From the NCBI RefSeq assembly GCF_000150275.1, contig NW_002060943.1, positions 2,570,462 to 2,634,461 of the forward strand: 64,000 nt of DNA, given 5' to 3'. Positions 53,901 through 64,000 of the stretch are shown piece by piece. Position numbers and translations under genes: made by a program. Below the pieces are notes generated by a model. The model was not told the origin of the DNA. It did no database searches and saw nothing but the letters and a program-made list of their open reading frames with translations. Origin of the DNA: Trichoplax adhaerens. Its lineage: Eukaryota; Animalia; Placozoa. The stretch's first letter is position 1; the number at the start of each line of letters is the position of its first letter.

Positions 53901-56900
53901 TACCGCTATGTAGCGAACCATTGAATCTGTTACCCATAGGATGAGACGATTGGACGCATATGCTAGAAATCTTCTTAGCACCACAGTATTTCTTACGAGT
54001 AATAATAAAAATATGTCGGATCATAAAAGCGAGAAGGAATATCTTGATATTAAACTACTTTAACGCTACTGAACTTTTCATCCTTGATATCCTTATTGAA
54101 AGTTATAATAAGCTATTTCTTACTAGCCATCGTGCTAGTTTACTCTTCCTTTCCTTGCTGTTCTTATTTATTGGAGTCGCCATGATACTCGCTTACTACG
54201 CTCATTTTGGATAGTTTCCATCATTTGCAATATATCTTAATCATGATCTTGTGATCGGTCGATCTGATTGTATTCTTATCGTACAGAAACCTTCGATAAC
54301 GGCGATGATGCTAGAGAATTTACCTGCGCTAAAATAGAAAGTCTAATTGCGAATGAAGCTGATCCAACCGAATCTTCTGCTGAGGGTAAGTATATCTACC
54401 TAAAATCAATAACTGTGCTTACAATTTAACATGTTTACGCTACAGGATAAGAATCATTTTTTTCAGTTGTCAGTACAATACGATAATATTCATAATAAAT
54501 TTATACCTTTAAGAGTTCATTTAATTCAGATATTAGATATTATTTTTGCCGACAATCACTTCTCATTGATAGACTATTTATTTGTAAAACATCGATTATT
54601 AATGGCTGAAATACTATGTTAAATTCCTTTACTTCGGTATACGTGTATTTAGGCGATTACAGAATCGCTATTGTAAACTGACATCTCCATTTTAGTAATT
54701 AATGGCTAATTCTTTATCTGCTACAGATTCTGAAAGTGTAAAATTTAGAGCTGCTGTAATTAGATTTAGGAAATTGTTTGGTATGCCTGAAGGAGAAAAG
54801 CTCGTTAATTGTAAGTTAAATCATTTGAAAATTTTTACTTTACTATCTAGTAATTATAATTGGTAGATAATTTTTGATCAAGATGTTGGTCGATGTATTG
54901 ATTAAAGCATTGAGTACTTCGCGGTCGATATCATATCTACAAATAAAATGATAACTAATTCTTACCTCACTGTTATCATGCTAATGTATATACAATATTT
55001 CTTTCATTTCTTGTCTTATTCCATATCGTGATTGATTACGTATCGAAATCAGATTACTCATGTAGCTACTGGAAAGGAAAAGTTCCCCGCCAAGGGTGGC
55101 TTTATTTATCAATTAATCATCTTAGTTTTTATTCATTTCTAATGGGTAAAGAAGCTAGAGTTGTTATTAGATGGACCGATGTGGTGGTATGGAAAGCTTG
55201 CAGCTATTTTTTCAAATTGAAGTGAATATCACAATTAATTCCTATTAATTTGCAATTATTATTCTAGAAAATAACCAAGAACAACAATATGGTTCTACGC
55301 GATTCTGTAAAAGTAGTAACGAGAGACAAAGTGGTACGATCATTTAAATTAATTTAGCTAGTTAGGAATGGTGACCTACATAATAATGGATGTAGTAAAG
55401 CACCAGAGTGAATACTTGATTAGTTGAGTATTGTATAGAATGTAACCGATATCCTTATGTTTTGTTAGTGCTATTTTTCTTTTTTGCTGCATCCCAATGA
55501 AACGTTACGCTTAATGGAACAACTAGCTAATTTAGCTATGAAAAAGTAGGTATTCTGTGATTCGTTTATAGTATTGGATACTTTCATAGTAAAATTGTTA
55601 ATTCACAATTAGATTTATATCGCTAGACCGTATCAAGGTTAGATTGATAAACAATCTTCTTTTTATAGGCTTCTATCTACTGATGATAGTGAAGATAAAA
55701 CTCTAAAGTGAGCAATGTTAATATTTTGAATGCAGCTGTAATAAGATCAATTCATGATACAGTAGCTTAGAGCTGTTGATCGACTTAATTTTACTAATAC
55801 CATTGGATGACTTTTTTAATGGCAAAACAGTAGCTTGAACGCTTTGTCTTATGGCAGAAAGAAGGCATCAACATTAATGAGAGAATTGGATGTTCGTGCT
55901 AGATCTGAACACTATAGGTTAATAACTATGATTTAGATAGATAGAAGGTATAATACATTGCGATAGAAACATGACACGTGATAAACTTATGGCAATACCA
56001 TCTATTTCAGGCATACCTTTACTCTTCCATCAGATGAGATGTTAGATGGTGTTGCTGACTGTACAGCTTGGCTTCCTTATTTAAAAACGAATATTTGGGG
56101 AACACTACATTGTTCTTTAAACTATCTTTGCTATATTACCAAAGTAAGTTATTGCGTAGGATGTCAGTCATACGATAAATGCTTCTATTGATATATCTTA
56201 CATGAATCAATATTATGACCTATTATTTATTATAGCAAAATCCTGATTTTTGTAAAATTGTAATACCGATGAGAGAAATAACTGTGGTTGAGAAAGTAGA
56301 CGGCCAGTCGGTTGCTCCTAGTGCCTTACATATTACGACAAAGAGCAAGGTAAAAGTCAATTATTGTACCTGTATTATAACTGATAGCCATGTAATTTCT
56401 TGCTTAAATTAATTTTGCATGGTAGATGTCCTTTTTATTTGGAATGCTAAAAGATAGAAGCTTAATAACTGGGAGGATATCGGACTTTTTGGCCCGTATT
56501 CCATCCACAACCACGTCAGTAAACCCTTTTACAGTACTTTCTATGCGATCACTAAACTTACTAAAATTTGACGAACAAAATAGACATACTTAAAGCAGAT
56601 ATTTTTTGGTGTAAAATAGAATTCCTGGAGATCGTAAAACGATAGGTGATTTAGAAAATACCATCGCTAACATGCACTTAACAACGAGCGAAAAAGTCAA
56701 GGAAGATGGTCCGTTAGACGTGATGAGTGTGCGTTTCCGAAAAAATGATGACAATGTTAAGTTATCAAGGATTGACAGCGATGATAAGCTAGAAGAAGCT
56801 GATATTATCAACGATGATGATGGTAGCGATGATATCAAAACACCAATTACGTTCACACAACCAGAAGATAGTCCTAAAACTATGAGCAAAAATGCGGGAA

Positions 56901-59900
56901 CTTATGCCGACCCTTTAGCAAAAGTATTTACAACAGGTTACTCAGCCCCGCCCGTCAAGGAGTCTATGAAGGAACATGTTTGGATGCTTCACTTCGCAGA
57001 GTATGGCCGGTTAGTAAAATGGAGAACAGATAGTAATAGTTGAGCTGCTTTAGATATTTAAGATCCCTTTTTCTATCATTCGTACCATTACAGAGGAGTT
57101 TGCATGTACAGAACTTCTAAAACTAGAGAACTTATTACGAAGGGCATCCCAGATTCTTTACGATCAGAGATATGGTTACTGTTTTCCGGTGCAATCAATG
57201 AAGTAGGTTCTCAAGATTAAGGAACGTTTTTATATTTGTGTATATATATAGTATTAGATATTAACGTCAGTAATTTTCTATAACACAACAGCACGCCATT
57301 CATCCCAATTATTATAAGAAAATTGTCGATGAATGCGCTGGAAAGGCGACAATTGCCACTGAAGAGATAGAACGAGATTTACATAGGTAGTGCAGTTATC
57401 GACTATAGATTCGTATTTGCTATCAAGTGTATTGTGATCGATTAGCAATCAATTAAACCTATAAATCAAATATTCTCAAATAGAACATAATTATTTTTTC
57501 AAGTCTATAATTTACGCGTAAGGTATATCAACTAAAAGATGCACTTTTATTACTTATTTCTAAAGATCCCTTCCGGAACATCCAGCCTTTCAATCGGATG
57601 TCGGTATTGCTGCACTCCGACGCGTATTAACTGCTTATGCATGGAGAAATCCCACAATAGGTGTGTAGCTTATAATTATTCGCCCCAATAAAATATCATA
57701 TCAATCAGTGTATACCTTCTTTTTTCACCTAAACAAGGTTACTGCCAAGCCATGAACATTGTTGCTTCCGTTCTGCTGTTATATGCCAAAGAAGAAGAAT
57801 CATTCTGGCTTATGGTTGCTATCTGTGAACGCTTACTCCCTGATTACTATAATACACGTGTCGTTGGAGCTTTAGTTGACCAGGGTACGTATAACCTGTT
57901 TTGCCTACTGCAATAAATATTTATGTAACCGTCTTTGAATTCTGTACGAAATAGTTTTGACCACTTTCTCATCACTCCTTTAGCTGTATTTGAAGAGCTT
58001 ACTCGCGTGTATTTACCGGACATTTATGAACATTTAAAAAAACTAGGCATCTTAGATATGATTAGTTTATCTTGGTTTCTAACAATTTTTGTCAGGTTGG
58101 TTTATAAAGCGCTAAAAAGTAGTATGATAATTTTACACAAGCAGAGAGTTTACGATGAAATTGACATTAATTTTATTTGTATAGTGTCATGCCTTTTAGT
58201 AGTGCGGTAAGAATAATTGATTGCTTTTTTTACGATGGCGCTAAGGTTTGTAAAAAAAATATTTCATAAATTCTATTATATTTATGATGGTTAGCACAAT
58301 AGATTGTTTCTATATCTAATTATACATGTATTATTCTCAATATACATTAGGCTATCTTTCAAATTGCTTTAGCCGTTTTGGATGCTAATAAAATGGAGTT
58401 GATGTCAGTATTTGATGATGGAGAAGCAATGACAATATTGAGCCAGTATTTAGATAGTGTAACCAACCGCGATAGTATTATGACTGTAACTAAGAAACAT
58501 TCGGCCTCGGCCAAAGGATATTTAGAGCACCGCAAGGTAATTTTCCTCTTGATTGTAAATAATTAATTTGTTTCCATTTCAATTTTAACTTTGACTAAAT
58601 CTGTAACCTATCATCAATGTGTTAGACGGTAGAAGTATCAGATCTTATTCGAGATTCATACGAAAAATTTGGTAATATCTCTGATTTAAAAATAAATCGT
58701 TTACGTAATTCTCTTCGCTTAAAAGTTGTACAGGTAAAAATAAAATAAATAATCAATTTTGAGAAATGTAGGTTACAATTGATGTAATCATTGACACAAA
58801 TATATTCCTTTAGAAACTTGAAGATAACGCAAAGAAAAATGTTGTTCGAAGCGTTGCTGCTGATACTTTATTTGAAAACCACGAATTAGAAGACATGTAT
58901 GCTTTATTTAAGGTAATTTTTTATGTTTGATTTTGGCGCTATACTTTCATTCAAGCTTATAATTGAATGACTGGGTGAATAATTGTAGGAAGGACATTTA
59001 CAGAACGCTTACTGGGGTTCTGCTATCAGTAAAGACAAGAAAGAAACATCAAAAGGTCATACATACGAAAGGAATGAGCACACTATTGATAAAGAACAGT
59101 TTAAAGCGTTATATTTTTGTCTGTCACCATGGACTAATAATCTTCAAAATGGTACTGGTGATAGGGATGAAGTAGTCGCTAATCGAATTTTTAAGGTCTT
59201 GTCTCAATTACTAAGATACATGCAAGTGTAATTGATGTCAATCTATGTGACCTGATAACATTTTGCAATATCAATGTAGGTTTTAGACGACGACAAACGT
59301 GGTATGATTACATTCAGAGATTTTGCTTGGGGACTCGGTGTTATATGTCGTGGAACTACCAAAGAGAAATTATCTTTCCTATACAGGATGCATGTGCAAC
59401 CTGTATTATCTGAAGATGGAATTGAAATTAATAACACTTCTACAGAAAAAGTAACTCCAATAGAAGAATACGATGGAGACGATAGTGAAAACGAAAATTT
59501 TAAAGACGATAAAACAAGTACTGACAGTGGCGCTAATTTCAAACAATCAGCAGACTCATCTTCTCAATTATCTCAAAATTTATCTTATTTCTTGAAATAT
59601 AAGAAAAAGAGGCAATACGAACAAGAGCGAAAATTGCCTCTAATGAGTCAGGTACCTTGATTGCCTACGAACTAGTAACCGTACAATGTACCGTATATTA
59701 TGCGAATTATTTTTCAGTTCAATTAATCCTGTACTAAGATTTCGTTCTTTTTCGTGCATTGTACTTGGTAGGCTCAATTTATTCAGCTATGGAAAACCAT
59801 GTTTGGATTATTTCATGAAACGAGCAATGAACACAAACTCTGCCCAGCTGTTGCGAAATGTGGTGCACTTATTTTAGATGTTGGAAACAAAAAGAAATTT

Positions 59901-60191
59901 GGTTCAACGTTAGATTTATCTAGTAAAGTGGATACAGATGTTGAGATGGAATCTGAAACTGGTAATGATAGGAGAGACGAAAATGCTTCTGGATCGGCGA
60001 AGCGTGGTGGACATATTGATCCGCCCAGTGCTTGGAATGTAACATTCGATCAAATATACGCTACCATTTTAGATAATGAAGAGCTGCACGATTATTTTGA
60101 AGAAACATTTGAACTTGATCTGCTATCTGCAAAATCTCGCGCTGGGCAGTTAACTGAAGCTGCGGGTACAAACTCGTCTGCTGTTGTTTAA
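47974..60191 (+). CDS. TBC1D9: TBC1D8/TBC1D9-family Rab-GAP (two GRAM domains, TBC domain, EF-hand-like region)
   Basis: Starts [15 protein letters not shown], then [71 protein letters not shown] (Arg finger), GYCQAMN (Gln finger), LLPDYYN and [10 protein letters not shown]. Probably co-orthologous to vertebrate TBC1D8/8B/9/9B. Confidence 0.93.
51205..51857. repeat. Near-identical 203-bp tandem repeat, about 3.2 copies, in TBC1D9 intron 3
   Basis: AGTAACCCTAGGCGATG occurs at 51361, 51564 and 51767. Confidence 0.93.
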
Positions 60192-62070
60192 TAAATGAAG
60201 AAACGCATTATTGAAGAATATCTCATCGCCACTTAGCGTTCGCTAGGATTTTCGATGCGACTTATTTGTAAATTATAAATTATGTTTATGAAATTGTTTT
60301 ACCAGAGCTAGATAAGTATTTACCTTACTTCAGTGGGGCTTGCTGTATTCATCTAAATAAGTCTTTGCAAGAAGTGACGGTTTGTTACAGAACAAAATAA
60401 TATTTTTACTTGTACAAAAAGATATTTTTTCATTGCTAAATCTTTCATTTGCTTCAATTATCTTAAGGACTTGAGATTAATAGTTATGTGATTTTGCCCA
60501 TTTTATTTTAAAAAGAGAAAATCTGATCCTGTGTAATGCCTTTGAAGTTGCGCTTTATTTCATTGCAACACAGAATTTGATATTATAATACTTGAAAGAA
60601 AGCTGATCAATATTGCTGAAACATATTTAGAGAGCAGATTTAAAATACTAGGCTGTCATTTGCTATCACTCACAATTGGTTGAAGATGTTAGTATGGATG
60701 TATTTTGTCTATCATGGATTTGTTAGTATGATTAATGATGTTATCATCATGGAGTCATAGCTTGCTTTTTGGATATTCTCTTTTTAATGGAGACCATTTT
60801 GTCTTGTAAAAGAAATTATATGTCTTTTCATTTTATGACTATACAAGGAATGTGGTGCAAATAGAAGCAATACACGTATAATATATTGGGGCTGCATTTG
60901 CTTTCACTATTTGCATATATATATATATATATATCTACATACGAATATGTAATTTACAGTAATGGATTGATTAATGATTACATGCAGAAATGATATAGTA
61001 ACCATCATAACTTTTGCTTATAGTACATGTGACGACGTACGTATTGATATAGGACGGCTGTTTATTTATAAATAGCTTTGAAAAGGCTGTATCTGCTTTC
61101 ACTATAATGTTACCGTAGAAATGATCGAATTCATATTTTTTAGCTTTATGGTGTAATAATAGTTATTACGTTTCCTTAGTCAAACAGGATTATTTTCTTT
61201 TGCAATAATGTAACGAATCCATGTTGCTTGCTAATATGATAAATTCTAATGGAGGCTATAAGATACTCCACAATAAGGAATTGCTTTATTTAGAATTAAA
61301 ACTTTTTCAAATGATATTGCGATCGTTGATATAGATAATAACTATTGCCGCATATATTATTTGCACTAGCGAGAAAAAATGACAATAAAAATGATGTGAA
61401 ATAATTATTTATATTGTGATTTTATTGATAACATAATGAAAACCATCATGCAACTACTACGGTCGGATAGCAATGCAGGTCATGTTGATGCGTATGCGCC
61501 AGACAAGGTAGACTAGCAAATGGATAGTTGGTTGATTGATCGTACTGAACAAGAAGAAAGTAAGAAAATGAACATGGAAACTATCATTCTGTCCTATTCA
61601 TTTTCCAAAGAGATGATTCTCTATATCATAGCAAATTTACTACATTTAGCATGGGATGAATCTTTTTTTCGGATGTTATACTTGTAATTGTAATAACTCC
61701 CTTCAAGCTGCAGTAACGATAATAGTAATAAGAATTTTACTTGGCTTCCTTTGAAGGTAGTAATAATGTTTACATTTCTATGTTGATAACAAGGTCTATA
61801 CAGTAGTAAAGTACGAGGACATCGAGTACAACCAGTACATGCTCTATTCTGTATCATTTCAAATTATATATCATAGCGAGTATGTACAGTAAGAAAACTA
61901 GGATTCGATTAATTCATTCATTATCAATATATTCTGTAGCATAATGACTTGATGAGAGCTAGGCTACATGTTATATCACAAAAGCGACCATGTCTCATGT
62001 CATATAGAATACAGTAGAGTACAATGATTATCATCAGGACATTTAGAATATCATGATTGCAGTTAGTAAG

Positions 62071-63234
62071 CTAAATGGATGTATTTGACAATTTTTCGGT
62101 CAATTCATCAGCTGGTAACGAATCAACAAAGTTCATGTAATGCTGGTAAGGACGTTTAGCGACTAAATTGCAAAAATCTTGATCATTTTTAGTTATAAAA
62201 GAGCCCAATGAAGGCTGATATGGTCCTTCCCATAAGCGAAGATGTTTAAGATAGGCTATTCTATTGTATAAGCGTTTAGTGGAGTAGCCTAATGCAGATG
62301 GACAGTTATGAATTTGTTCCAGATCGATCTTGAGATGATCACGTAAGAGGGCAAATTTGATTTTCATCGACTTGACAGTATAACCAAGGCATGGAGGATT
62401 GATCCAAATAATTCGACGTGGGCTACCACCACCATAACCTACTTCAACTAGCCAATGTACTTTTTCCTCTAATTTATTGATATTGGTGACAAAGATGGAG
62501 GGATAACGTAGTAATAGGCTAACAATTTCACTACGATCGAAACCTAACCTTTCCAGCCAAACGATTTTAAAGCTGAAACCACTACTAGTCGCATAGAGAA
62601 GACGAGGTTGGCGTTTAATCAATGTCAATACTGTTGCAGGATTCATACCAATTTCAGCGATACAATTAATGCGTTCTTCAATAGTACCTTTACGTGAGAT
62701 TAAAAAGTAGGGATATTTACGAATAATTTGCTTGACAGCAGCATCATTCTTAAAGAAGTGATATAAATAATGGATCTTGGGAAGGATATTGCTTTTCACA
62801 TCATAAGCTAACAAGCGTGGAAATTTAACAGCTGTACTACGGACCCAATCCATATCCAGATATTCCTTACCCCAAAATTCAATTCTTTCAATTAATAGTT
62901 TTTTCTCCATGACTACAATAAATGGCCACATAGTAAATATTTTATTGAGCCCTGCGGTCTGGAAACCGAACGATTGTAAACATTGTATGCTATCACAAGT
63001 GTAGTCCAAACTCCATTCTCGACTACCGCTGGCGAGTAATTTCTTGGCCACCGATTTTTTCAGCTGTAATCCTGTCTTTTCTAGTACATTGTTGATGAAG
63101 ATATCATCACTAAATTCATTGCAGAGAATAACATTAATATTAAAGCAACGATATTGCATCGGTAATGTTAGCCTAGGTAAAGTCTTGATAGGCGTTGAAA
63201 ATTTGCTTGCAATCTTCCAAATTAGCGACGCCAT
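62071..63234 (-). CDS. Intronless mitochondrial transcription termination factor (mTERF)-family protein
   Basis: Repeated ~32-36 aa units (KFPRLLAY, KYPYFLIS, RQPRLLYA, RYPSIFVT, NPPCLGY, NCPSALGYS) after a basic, acid-free N-terminus resembling a mitochondrial presequence. First ATG at 63234. Confidence 0.85.
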   Translation of the reverse strand: MASLIWKIASKFSTPIKTLPRLTLPMQYRCFNINVILCNEFSDDIFINNVLEKTGLQLKKSVAKKLLASGSREWSLDYTCDSIQCLQSFGFQTAGLNKIFTMWPFIVVMEKKLLIERIEFWGKEYLDMDWVRSTAVKFPRLLAYDVKSNILPKIHYLYHFFKNDAAVKQIIRKYPYFLISRKGTIEERINCIAEIGMNPATVLTLIKRQPRLLYATSSGFSFKIVWLERLGFDRSEIVSLLLRYPSIFVTNINKLEEKVHWLVEVGYGGGSPRRIIWINPPCLGYTVKSMKIKFALLRDHLKIDLEQIHNCPSALGYSTKRLYNRIAYLKHLRLWEGPYQPSLGSFITKNDQDFCNLVAKRPYQHYMNFVDSLPADELTEKLSNTSI

Positions 63235-63287
63235 GTTGTCAAAGCTATTCCCAATCAACTGATTAGAGTCACGTAGAGAGCCGCCCT

Positions 63288-63935
63288 ATACTGTACCGTA
63301 CGGTACTCTACTGGACCGTATTGAACGGTACCGAACCTTACCGCGCCGTACTGAACCGCGCCGAACTGTACTGGTCCGCGCTGGTCCAGATCGAACTGTA
63401 CTGAACTAAACTAAACTAAACTAAACTGGACTTGTCTAGGTCATACAAACACAATACAGTATTAGACCTGACAGTAGTGCCAACCATATCAACACCATCC
63501 AGATCGAACCGCCCTGAACCGTACCGCACTGGACTGGTCCGCGCTGATCCATATCGCACTGAACTGCACTGAACTGCACTGCACTGAACTGCACTGCACT
63601 GTACTGAACTGCACTACACTGAACTGCACTACACTGAACTGCACTGAACTGAACTGAACTGAACTGAACTGCACTGAACTGCACTGAACTGCACTGAACT
63701 GAACTGAACTGATCTGCACTGATCTGCACTGCACTGAACTGAACTGCACTGAACTGCACTAAACTAAACTGAACTCAACTAAACTAAACTAAACTAAACT
63801 AAACTAAACTAAACTAAACTAGACTAAACTAAACTAGACTAAACTAAACTAGACTAAACTAAACTGAACTAAACTGAACTAAACTGAACTAAACTGAACT
63901 AAACTGAACTAAACTAAACTAAACTAAACTGAACT
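63288..63935. repeat. Pentamer satellite island (ACTGA/ACTGC/ACTAA/ACCGT) directly upstream of mTERF
   Basis: Runs of ACTGA, ACTGC and ACTAA, plus duplicated segments ACTGGTCCGCGCTG and CTTGTCTA.GTCATACAAACAC...GTATTAGACCTGACAGTA. Confidence 0.92.
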
Positions 63936-64000
63936 TGTCTATGTCATACAAACACCGTATTAGACCTGACAGTATACAAAGGTGCAGCGAGAGACAGTGA

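Overview
AT-rich eukaryotic (animal) genomic DNA with many short GT-AG introns. The gene set, base composition and intron size suggest a placozoan such as Trichoplax; this is inference and was not checked by search. Splicing exons by eye gives eight protein-coding genes, most invisible or fragmentary in the ORF track: an intronless rhodopsin-class GPCR (+), UMP synthase (+, 13 coding exons), a Pitchfork/CIMAP3-like ciliary gene (+) with a perfect RFX X-box, MED25 (-), an uncharacterised HEAT-repeat protein (+), a MINDY1/2-type deubiquitinase (-) with an 11 x 20-aa repeat insertion, TBC1D8/9 (+) and an intronless mTERF gene (-). The main unexplained structure is non-coding. Both head-to-head promoter regions (MED25/HEAT and MINDY/TBC1D9) are filled by TACAG/CTGTA-based simple-sequence islands, and a related pentamer island lies upstream of mTERF. 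The islands contain constant cores, one with a CCAAT box and a 30-bp palindrome, separated by variable simple-repeat spacers. The first two islands are flanked by kilobases of apparently strand-skewed DNA, and three of their four flanking genes have an unusually long early intron.
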